From IMG/VR virus record IMGVR_UViG_3300025297_000001: 46,126 bases of DNA. One strand, 5' to 3'. Positions 8,195-15,167 of the stretch are shown one piece after another. Position 1 is the first letter of the stretch. Each line of letters begins with the position of its first letter. The notes under the pieces are model-generated. The model saw only the letters and a list, made by a program, of their open reading frames with translations, made no database searches and was not told the origin of the DNA. Made by a program: the position numbers and the translations under genes. This DNA comes from a virus.

Positions 8195-8472
8195 AAATAT
8201 ATCTGGCAGGCCCGATATCGGGGCGGAAGAACTATCAAGAGAAATTTGCCGAAGCCGCCGACAAGTTGCGTGCGCAAAATCACATTGTTTTTAATCCCGC
8301 CGCAGCCAACCAAGAGGGCAGGCCACTCAACAGGATCATGGAATACCTGCTGAGCTATCTTTGCCGGGAGGCTGAAGCGATTGCACTTCTCCCCGGCTGG
8401 TGGCGTAGCGGCGGCGCTCGCATTGAGTGGATGCTGGCGCGCTACCTTCGCCTCAAGATCATTTATCTTTAA
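8191..8472 (+). CDS. DUF4406-like protein (nucleoside 2-deoxyribosyltransferase-like fold)
   Basis: MKIYLAGPISG...FNPAA...AIALLPGWWRSGGARIEW matches the DUF4406 pattern. ATGA-coupled to the HNH gene. Confidence 0.75.
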   Translation: MKIYLAGPISGRKNYQEKFAEAADKLRAQNHIVFNPAAANQEGRPLNRIMEYLLSYLCREAEAIALLPGWWRSGGARIEWMLARYLRLKIIYL

Positions 8473-8662
8473 GCCTCTCCCGTTCCTTCCTCGCGAACTC
8501 CTTGGCGGCCGCTAGCGCTTGCTCTGAGGTCATTGCATCTGGCCTAAGCCGGCGCGAAGCTTCATCATCGTAATAGAAGAACCGTTCTCCACCAGGATAC
8601 TCGACCTTATAGCTCCCGGTCTTTGGAACGGCTTCGGGTGTCTTGCTGATCTTGATGGCCAT
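8459..8662 (-). CDS. hypothetical protein (last gene of the leftward operon)
   Basis: 67-aa ORF with balanced composition. It is convergent with and overlaps 8191..8472 by 14 nt. Confidence 0.6.
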   Translation of the reverse strand: MAIKISKTPEAVPKTGSYKVEYPGGERFFYYDDEASRRLRPDAMTSEQALAAAKEFARKERERLKDK

Positions 8663-8819
8663 CCCAGCAGTTTATTGGCACAGAGGTCATTGGCCATATA
8701 CAAAACACCTAGTACCCGGTAATTTTGGCCCAAAGGATCAGCCAGAATGGCAAAGAGACCGTCCAAATAATGATGCCAGAAACCGGGATGTACCAAGGCA
8801 TTGCTCTCTCCATTTCTGC

Positions 8820-9020
8820 TCAAGTCCGCGACTGCTTCCCAATCAGACGCCAGCCGCCCCATGACCATTTCCAGCCATAGTATCCGTAGCGTTCACTGAA
8901 AAGCGGCTTGTATCCCGGCGATTTGAGATGGACTAGGTAGTCATTAAACCTGATCCACCAGACGCCACTGCTTCGGCTTCCACCGAATCCATACCTGCCC
9001 CTGAAGAAGAATACTGACAT
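8820..9020 (-). CDS. hypothetical Trp/Gly-rich small protein
   Basis: 66-aa ORF. Its start shares a TGATG junction with the upstream gene's stop, indicating translational coupling. Confidence 0.45.
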   Translation of the reverse strand: MSVFFFRGRYGFGGSRSSGVWWIRFNDYLVHLKSPGYKPLFSERYGYYGWKWSWGGWRLIGKQSRT

Positions 9021-9202
9021 CAGCGGTCTCCATTCGTGAACGAAAGAGAGCGCTGATATTCGCTCACCTTCTTGTCGGCAATTACTGCACAGCTACAGGT
9101 CCACCAGCCACCGCTGTCTAAATCACACGGCTCACCCGGCTTCTTGAAGTGGTTACATTCCAACTTGGTTTGGATCTCGGATAGAGCGTCGCGCATTTTC
9201 AT
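9020..9202 (-). CDS. hypothetical Cys-containing small protein
   Basis: 60-aa ORF, coupled to the downstream gene. Confidence 0.5.
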   Translation of the reverse strand: MKMRDALSEIQTKLECNHFKKPGEPCDLDSGGWWTCSCAVIADKKVSEYQRSLSFTNGDR

Positions 9203-9220
9203 TTGCTGTTGCCTATACTA

Positions 9221-9523
9221 CTATAGCCGTATCAATTTGCCGCGCCGCAGGCCAGCCAACGACACAGCTTCTCGCACCTGTTTCGAGTTCATCTTGCAAA
9301 CGCATTCAGGCTCGTCATCTTTCGCGCCCATACATGCGCATGGGTAACCCTCTGCCAGCCGCAAGAGTTCGGCTATATCGCCGCGCTCAATTACCGCTTG
9401 GGTACGCTCTTTGCGGGTCACTGTTTCCCTCTCTACTGAACTCCGGGCTTGAACCGCTGGGGCGATCGCATTTCCCGCCATTGCGATCCCCCGCGCTGCT
9501 GAGCCTCGCCATACCATTGCCAA
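9221..9523 (-). CDS. hypothetical protein with CxC...CxC cluster (start uncertain)
   Basis: 100-aa ORF with CACMGAKDDEPECVCK. Its 5' end overlaps 9433..9639. Confidence 0.45.
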   Translation of the reverse strand: MAMVWRGSAARGIAMAGNAIAPAVQARSSVERETVTRKERTQAVIERGDIAELLRLAEGYPCACMGAKDDEPECVCKMNSKQVREAVSLAGLRRGKLIRL

Positions 9524-9639
9524 ATATGAGCGAACTGATAGTGCTTTAAGTAGAAGGCAAAAGCTCCTCGAAACGTCCAGAAATATCGCATGGGCGTCCA
9601 GTTATCCATGACGGTCACGCAGTATCGTCTTAGCCTCAT
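9433..9639 (-). CDS. possible small aromatic-rich protein
   Basis: 68-aa ORF. The N-terminal half looks protein-like; the 3' part overlaps the next ORF. Confidence 0.3.
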   Translation of the reverse strand: MRLRRYCVTVMDNWTPMRYFWTFRGAFAFYLKHYQFAHIWQWYGEAQQRGGSQWREMRSPQRFKPGVQ

Positions 9640-9663
9640 GTGCGGATTCCTTGCCAGTCGGGG

Positions 9664-9867
9664 CTACTGCTTCGCCGCGCGCCGCTTGCGAGCCCTGACC
9701 CGCTTCAGGGACGCCTCGATCTTCTTCCAGGGGATCTTCACCTGCTCGGTGCAGATGTAATTGCCCGTCGAGCTGCGGACCTCATGCACTAGGAGGAGGT
9801 GGCTTTTCTCCTCGTAGTACCAATCGGCATCGCCCAGCTTTTGCGGCGCCAAACTTCCTGCCATCAT
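9664..9867 (-). CDS. hypothetical protein (67 aa)
   Basis: Internal MM start at 9867, preceded by an AAGGAGAGA RBS. Basic C-terminus. Confidence 0.6.
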   Translation of the reverse strand: MMAGSLAPQKLGDADWYYEEKSHLLLVHEVRSSTGNYICTEQVKIPWKKIEASLKRVRARKRRAAKQ

Positions 9868-9905
9868 TCTCTCCTTCAGTGTTTCGGACAGCCGGCCAGA
9901 CCGGG

Positions 9906-10484
9906 CTATTGAGCGGCAAATAACGGCATCGCATTCGCGGGCGCGCCGTTCGATTGATTCCCCCACACCGCCCAACCGTCCCGAGGACCACGAGCATACA
10001 TTTCCAGTCTTGGGCCGGGGGAAAGGCGCTCGACAAGATCAAAGAACTCTTGTGGCTTCTCACTGTGCCGGCTGCGCGGCCACTCAAACAGCGTCCCTTC
10101 CGTGGCTTGCGCGTGCCTGCCACCTTGCCCGAACGGGTTGCCAGCGCGCGGACCCTTGCGGGCCACCAAGACGTGTTCTGTGTTGCAGCGGAAGCGGCCA
10201 GCCCCAAGGCCCGGCTTCTTCCACGTCAACAGAATAATCGGGTCTGCACCCCACGCGCGAGCAACGTCATAGGTCCAGTCAATATGCTGAGTGACGCCCC
10301 AGATATAGAAGTGGGCCTGCTCAGCGGCAGCGGGGCGCAGCGCGATTATCTCAGGCACCGACAGTGTATTATAGAACCGTTGCGGACCGGCCTTGTCGCT
10401 CATGCGGCTGTTCCACGTCGCGCCGAGCGTGGGTTGCCACGGCGGATCAGCTACAATCGTCCGATATAGCTGCGCAGTAAGCAT
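9906..10484 (-). CDS. MT-A70 family N6-adenine DNA methyltransferase
   Basis: Catalytic DPPW motif near the N-terminus, then HSEKP and EMYAR motifs. Confidence 0.9.
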   Translation of the reverse strand: MLTAQLYRTIVADPPWQPTLGATWNSRMSDKAGPQRFYNTLSVPEIIALRPAAAEQAHFYIWGVTQHIDWTYDVARAWGADPIILLTWKKPGLGAGRFRCNTEHVLVARKGPRAGNPFGQGGRHAQATEGTLFEWPRSRHSEKPQEFFDLVERLSPGPRLEMYARGPRDGWAVWGNQSNGAPANAMPLFAAQ

Positions 10485-10525
10485 CGTTATCTCCTGTTCA
10501 TCTGGCGGACTGTTTGAAAGACTGG

Positions 10526-10753
10526 TCAGCGGACGATGGGCTGCTCGCGCTCGTACATGGCCAGCAGCCGGTCAAAGATGCCCTTGGGGATCTCAATGCT
10601 GTGGGTGGGTTGTTCACCGATCTTCTGCCGGCTGATCCAGACCTGGTGCCCGTTGGTCATGATGCACCAGTTCTGGAAACCGTAATGGTCCCGCTGTAGC
10701 TTGATGATCTGGGCTTCAGACTTTGCCGCCCGCAGTGAAGTAGCCTTCGCCAT
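10526..10753 (-). CDS. hypothetical protein
   Basis: 75-aa ORF and the first gene past the attP region on the same strand. Confidence 0.65.
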   Translation of the reverse strand: MAKATSLRAAKSEAQIIKLQRDHYGFQNWCIMTNGHQVWISRQKIGEQPTHSIEIPKGIFDRLLAMYEREQPIVR

Positions 10754-10936
10754 AGTCGCTCTCCGTATGACGCTTGATGCGTCGGTTGCTCTTTCGGACA
10801 GCGGACGGAAGATTTGCTAAGTGCTGACGAGACCTAATGAATTGCCTGATTATGGCGTTCACCTAGGCACTCCGGGCCTCGTTTCTTCCTCAGCAAATTC
10901 AATAACTTAAAATCCGTCCGCTATTCCGTCCGCTAT
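10754..10936. other. putative attP region with arm-type integrase-binding repeats
   Basis: Non-coding stretch next to int. TCCGTCCGCTAT is tandemly duplicated at 10913-10936, with an inverted copy (AGCGGACGGA) at 10800-10809. Confidence 0.5.
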
Positions 10937-12220
10937 TCACGTCTTTGGTCTGTTCCTGTGCTGGGTCCGCAGGGTCATGACGCCTGCAATCTTCTGGGTC
11001 GCTCCCCTGGAATAGTTCTGGGTTTGCGAGATGTTGCTGTGGGTCGCGGCCTGCCGGACGTGCTCCAGATCCGCCCCGGCGTCGGTCGCTTCAGTGATCG
11101 CACCAGCCCGGGTGTCCATATTCTTGATGGTCTTCGGAACGCCGGCCGTGTTGGCCACCTTCCGCCACTTGCGCCGGAACTCGGTATTGAAGTACGGCCA
11201 GGCATTGACCTCGCACAGGATGACCGGGCCGGAGGCGGGCAGGTGGGCGCGCTGTAGGTCGCCGGCGGGAACCTTGAACATCCGCTCCATCTCTTCCATG
11301 ACCATCGGCGCCAGCCGCAGATCGACCTCGATCTTCTTGTCCCGCTTGCTGGTGACGTGGTGCAGGACCAGGTTCTCGTCGATCTTCTCCCAGCGGAGGC
11401 CAGTGATCCACTTCTTGGTCTTCTTCTGGCCCTTGAATTTCTTCGTTTGGATGACGTCCGAAACGCCGGGCTCCTTCACGGGAACCCATTCCCCGATGAC
11501 GTCCTTTTGCCGCATGGTCAGTTCGAACTGGATAGCCTGGGCGAGGGCCATATAGGGCCAGCCCCGGTCATGGGCCGCCTTACGGATGGCGATCGCCTGC
11601 TCAGCAGACAGGGCGACCTCCCGCGGCTTGGTTCCCTTATAGCTCTGGCTGGACATGGCAGCGGCGAGGCGGGCGCATTCCTGGTCGTCCAGCATCCCGG
11701 CGCCGAACCGGAACAGGGTCCGCAGGGTCGCCACGAAGGCCCCGCCGGCCGATAGCTTCCGGCCGTTGTCGCTCCACTCTTTATACCAGGAGGGGATCAT
11801 CCGGCCGGTAATGTCGGCAAGCATGACGTCGCCAAAGCGGGCGTCGATGCGCTTGAGCAGTGCTGCCTTGCCCTGCCGGGCGTCATACCGCTTCTTGTGG
11901 AAGGCAGAATCCGGGTCCGTCTGGTACTTCTCGATCAGGTTGGACAGGGTGACGATCGGCATCAGCTTGCCGCCGGCATCGCGCTCGCGGCTCCAGATCA
12001 GCATGACCGACTGATGCTCTCGGCACTGCGAGGCGATCTCCAGCGCGTCGATATCGTCCAACTCCGCGCCTTCCCACAGGCGGACGGCGCCGGGCGCGTA
12101 GCCCTTTTTCACCAAGTCGCTTCGGGCCTGCCAATAGGCCACCCACGTTTCAGCCCGCTTGCGTTCGCGCCAGACCAGGCCCGGCGCATCCTCGACGCGG
12201 GGCGGCGTGCGTTCAGTCAT
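10937..12220 (-). CDS. int: tyrosine recombinase / phage integrase
   Basis: 427 aa. C-terminal catalytic region: MRQKDV..., MDTRAGAITEA, ATHSNISQTQNYSRG (R..H-x-x-R..Y pattern). Confidence 0.95.
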   Translation of the reverse strand: MTERTPPRVEDAPGLVWRERKRAETWVAYWQARSDLVKKGYAPGAVRLWEGAELDDIDALEIASQCREHQSVMLIWSRERDAGGKLMPIVTLSNLIEKYQTDPDSAFHKKRYDARQGKAALLKRIDARFGDVMLADITGRMIPSWYKEWSDNGRKLSAGGAFVATLRTLFRFGAGMLDDQECARLAAAMSSQSYKGTKPREVALSAEQAIAIRKAAHDRGWPYMALAQAIQFELTMRQKDVIGEWVPVKEPGVSDVIQTKKFKGQKKTKKWITGLRWEKIDENLVLHHVTSKRDKKIEVDLRLAPMVMEEMERMFKVPAGDLQRAHLPASGPVILCEVNAWPYFNTEFRRKWRKVANTAGVPKTIKNMDTRAGAITEATDAGADLEHVRQAATHSNISQTQNYSRGATQKIAGVMTLRTQHRNRPKT

Positions 12221-12473
12221 TGTTCTCCCTCCGTGCAGGTTGCGGGCTCATCGTGATCCCGTTGCGCTTATCCAACCACGCTTTCACAGCCGGCCAATAG
12301 CGCCTGTCCCCAAAAAGCGGTTGTTTCCGTGGAAAACCATACTTGGATTCCAGGCCGGGGAGGATCTTCCGCATGTGCTTCTCCGGCACGCCGAGGCGCC
12401 GAATGAGTTCGGCATCACTCAAGTAGAGCTTGCCTTGCTCACGCTCCAACGTATCGGGTGCCGGCATCGTCAT
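12213..12473 (-). CDS. excisionase/AlpA-like DNA-binding protein
   Basis: Overlaps the int start by 8 nt. LSDAELIRRLGV...RRYWPAVKAWLD resembles Xis/AlpA-type HTH proteins. Confidence 0.6.
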   Translation of the reverse strand: MTMPAPDTLEREQGKLYLSDAELIRRLGVPEKHMRKILPGLESKYGFPRKQPLFGDRRYWPAVKAWLDKRNGITMSPQPARRENND

Positions 12474-12475
12474 TG

Positions 12476-12631
12476 TTAGTCCTTCGGCGGAGTGTCGAGT
12501 TCAACGCGGATGGCGTCCATCTCAGCCAGAAGCTTGTCGAGGCGCGGCTTCAGATCTTCGTAGACGTCCGGCATTTCCTTCAAATACCAACGAATTCGAT
12601 CGGCGCCGTCAGACAAAACATCAGAGACCAT
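12476..12631 (-). CDS. small hypothetical protein (51 aa, below ORF-track cut-off)
   Basis: AAAGGAGAAGCAA RBS then ATG 12631. MVSDVLSDGADRIRWYLKEMPDVYEDLKPRLDKLLAEMDAIRVELDTPPKD. Confidence 0.45.
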   Translation of the reverse strand: MVSDVLSDGADRIRWYLKEMPDVYEDLKPRLDKLLAEMDAIRVELDTPPKD

Positions 12632-12905
12632 TTGCTTCTCCTTTGGGGTTTAGAAGGGTGGTGAAGTGCTCATCGATGCATTGCCCGCAATCTTCCCAGC
12701 CAAACTTCTTGTGCGGGCAGGTGTCGTACTTCGTTGGGAAATCAGGCCCGAAGTTGCCGTCCAGATAGTCTTGGATGCCTTTGCGGAGCCTATTTAACTC
12801 GTGCAGGTCGTTGTTGATGCCGGGCCAGCAGACATCGCCAAGACGCGCCCCGCACTTCGGGCAGGGGCCTTTCGATGGCATCTCTATGCCTGCATTACAT
12901 TTCAT
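12621..12905 (-). CDS. zinc-ribbon protein
   Basis: Internal Met 12905 overlaps the upstream stop (ATGA). CPKC...C...C..C cysteine pattern. Confidence 0.55.
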   Translation of the reverse strand: MKCNAGIEMPSKGPCPKCGARLGDVCWPGINNDLHELNRLRKGIQDYLDGNFGPDFPTKYDTCPHKKFGWEDCGQCIDEHFTTLLNPKGEANGL

Positions 12906-13075
12906 CCGCGCCCCCAAATGAGCAGCGCTCCAACAACCCCAAAGAGGATTGCAAACTGCACGCCCCACACCCACGGTCCGGGGTGGGCCATCTCATACAG
13001 TTCTTCGTAGTCGCTTTTCAGAGGGTAGGTCTCTCTGATCAGCTTCATCAGCCGTTCGCGCTCGTCATCATTCAT
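12902..13075 (-). CDS. small C-terminally TM-anchored protein (57 aa)
   Basis: Internal Met at 13075. MNDDERERL... then WVWGVQFAILFGVVGALLIW. Confidence 0.5.
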   Translation of the reverse strand: MNDDERERLMKLIRETYPLKSDYEELYEMAHPGPWVWGVQFAILFGVVGALLIWGRG

Positions 13076-13118
13076 GCTTTGCTCTTTCGATCTTTCGTCA
13101 AGTTCGAAACTGCCCAAA

Positions 13119-13172
13119 GGGAAAGTCCTTTCCCTTTTCTGGAAAGTTCTTTCCGTTCTCGTTTCATGAAAC
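13119..13172. promoter_or_regulatory. array of three palindromes in a 255-bp intergenic gap
   Basis: GGGAAAGTCCTTTCCC (13119-13134), GGAAAGTTCTTTCC (13141-13154) and GTTTCATGAAAC (13161-13172). Centres are spaced about 20 bp apart. Confidence 0.4.
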
Positions 13173-13330
13173 GTTCTGTGAACGCATGCGTCGACGGGCT
13201 GCGCCACACTCTCGCAGCCACCTGGCTATCGTTTGCGGCGGCCTGCCGACTACCCAAGAAAGGATTTTGATCGGCAGACCCTGCGCATACAGGGTGATCG
13301 CAAATAGCCGCTCGTTTGGTCTCGCGTGCC

Positions 13331-13717
13331 TCATGCCTGCACCACATCCTCAATAAACCGGAGGGCAGCGGCGAACGAGCCGACGATGGCGTGGCTGTGA
13401 TATCGGAGCCAAGGGCTAATCCGGGTGCCGTGGTCAGCGACGATAACGACGAATTTGCCGCGCTCGAACGCATAGAGGATTTCCATGCTCGTCCCGACGC
13501 TGGGCTTGTCGTAATTCACCAGGACAACATCGCAGTTCGTGATGTCGATCTTGTCGAGTTCAACGATCTGCTTGACGCTCTCGTCCTCCTTGCCGCGGTA
13601 GTCCCGCCGCATGGGATCGATGGTGTCGGGCCACTTCGTCTTGACCAGTTCGCGCCAGTCTTTGCATTCCTCGTCCGTGCAGCCGTTGATCGGACCACAG
13701 AGGTAAATCTTCGTCAT
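13331..13717 (-). CDS. nucleoside 2-deoxyribosyltransferase (NDT/Rcl)-superfamily protein
   Basis: MTKIYLCGPINGC...CDVVLVNYDKPSVGTSMEILYAFERGKFVVIV. ATGA-coupled to the upstream DpdA-like gene. Confidence 0.7.
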   Translation of the reverse strand: MTKIYLCGPINGCTDEECKDWRELVKTKWPDTIDPMRRDYRGKEDESVKQIVELDKIDITNCDVVLVNYDKPSVGTSMEILYAFERGKFVVIVADHGTRISPWLRYHSHAIVGSFAAALRFIEDVVQA

Positions 13718-14394
13718 GCTAGCTCCATTTGCTCGGGTCGCAGTTCCCACGCGGCCTTGCACTGGATAGCGTCCCAGCGGTCAGCCATGCCGCGGGGCGT
13801 GTTCTGTGGTCGATGGTGGTTCTGGGCGATGTCGGTGCTATCGACGCTCGCGAACGGCCAGCGGAGCCCCAGGCATTGCATCCCGCGCAGCATGTGAAGC
13901 CACGGCAGGCGCGAATGACGTTTGGTGACTTCGTTGAAAGCCTCATCCATCCGACGCTCCCAAGGCTCGGAGAGCACAACGGCATATTCTGCGGTTGATC
14001 CGATGCAGACCTTCGGCCATTTGTCGGTGAGCTGTAGAAGGCGGTTTAGCGGTTCGTCCATATGCCAGACCGGAGCGCCGCGGTCGCCATGCGGCCATTC
14101 CCGGATCATGGCGTCTTGCAATTGCGAACCGCCGTCGATCACGTCCGGAATGATTGCCCAGGTGGTCGGGTAGGCAAGCCACTTGTCGCACCAGGCATAG
14201 AAGCCGTCCCAGTTCGTGTCCTTGCCGGACTTCCACTTTGAGAATGCGCCATTATCAAGCATGACTGACTGGCCGATTTGGTGGCAGCGGGCTACGTCCG
14301 CAGGGTGGGCGAACGACACGCAGAAATTCCGTCCCGCCAACTCGTAGAGCGCGGTAATCGGAGTAATGGGCGTGCCGTGATAGTGCATTGTCAT
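13714..14394 (-). CDS. DpdA-like (tRNA-guanine transglycosylase superfamily) putative DNA base-exchange enzyme
   Basis: Motif order FCVSF, MLDNGAFSKW, AIIPDVIDG, VCIGST, LHMLRG, SVDSTD parallels TGT/DpdA family blocks as I recall them. No search was run. Confidence 0.55.
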   Translation of the reverse strand: MTMHYHGTPITPITALYELAGRNFCVSFAHPADVARCHQIGQSVMLDNGAFSKWKSGKDTNWDGFYAWCDKWLAYPTTWAIIPDVIDGGSQLQDAMIREWPHGDRGAPVWHMDEPLNRLLQLTDKWPKVCIGSTAEYAVVLSEPWERRMDEAFNEVTKRHSRLPWLHMLRGMQCLGLRWPFASVDSTDIAQNHHRPQNTPRGMADRWDAIQCKAAWELRPEQMELA

Positions 14395-14693
14395 TTGCTC
14401 TCACGGACACCAGAAGAAACCGGCGCAGAGAATGAGGCCGGAGCCCAATGCGTGACTTCAGCACTCCACAAATCCATGTCGCCGTCTTCGCATAGCTGCA
14501 GGATATCTATCTCCCGATAGCCCTTTAGCTCGTCCGGCTCTCCTGGCTTGCGGATGTAGGCCAGACCGCAATGGATACGCCCCCAGCTCAAGCCGCTATG
14601 ATCGCGCGATCCCTCTAGCCGAATGAATTGCCGACCCGGCTGGTTATCCCACTCGGGACGCTCGCTCACTGGCTTCCAATCAATCTCAGCCAT
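14391..14693 (-). CDS. DUF551-like protein
   Basis: Internal Met 14693 with a GAGGG RBS. MAEIDWKPVSERPEW resembles the DUF551 N-terminus. Confidence 0.6.
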   Translation of the reverse strand: MAEIDWKPVSERPEWDNQPGRQFIRLEGSRDHSGLSWGRIHCGLAYIRKPGEPDELKGYREIDILQLCEDGDMDLWSAEVTHWAPASFSAPVSSGVRESK

Positions 14694-14940
14694 TTTTGCC
14701 CTCGCAGATTGCCGGAGAGTTCGCATTCGCCCCAGAGGTCTCCTGGGGAGTCCGGCCGGCAACAGCTTGGGCCGCGTCGCCCGTAATGTGCTCAAGCAGC
14801 TCGCCCAAGGCGTCCGAGTATCCGCGGTCGAACCCGGCGCCATAGCTGTTGTGCGCTATGGCTTCGCTCTTCTCGGCCTTCTCCCGCGCATCAAGAAAGC
14901 GCCGACAAATGTCATCAACTATGCGTTCAGCGTAGGTCAT
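14686..14940 (-). CDS. hypothetical protein
   Basis: 84-aa ORF that overlaps its neighbours by 4-8 nt in an operon-like arrangement. Confidence 0.6.
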   Translation of the reverse strand: MTYAERIVDDICRRFLDAREKAEKSEAIAHNSYGAGFDRGYSDALGELLEHITGDAAQAVAGRTPQETSGANANSPAICEGKNG

Positions 14941-15167
14941 TGTGCCTCCCGATCTTGCGAAGTGTCCGAAAGTGCCTTTTTGACTTTCGCGTTTTTCAAA
15001 ACGGATTCGGTGGTTGACTTGTCATTCAGCGGCACTCGGACAACCTTCACAGGTTCGGCACCGAACTTCGAAAAATCGTCAAGGCTGGCATAAACGCTCC
15101 CATCGGAGCGCCGATAGACGAACACCTTCGCACCGTTGACGATGTAATCGAGTTGCAGCGGCGTCAT
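14937..15167 (-). CDS. hypothetical protein
   Basis: 76-aa ORF, ATGA-coupled to the stop of MTase frame B. Confidence 0.6.
   Translation of the reverse strand: MTPLQLDYIVNGAKVFVYRRSDGSVYASLDDFSKFGAEPVKVVRVPLNDKSTTESVLKNAKVKKALSDTSQDREAQ

Noticed and set aside
10754-10936. tRNA gene or tRNA 3' fragment as the attP core
   Set aside because: I could not recognise a TPsiC-arm/acceptor-like GGTTCGAATCC...CCA pattern or a cloverleaf here or elsewhere in the window. No tRNA is called.
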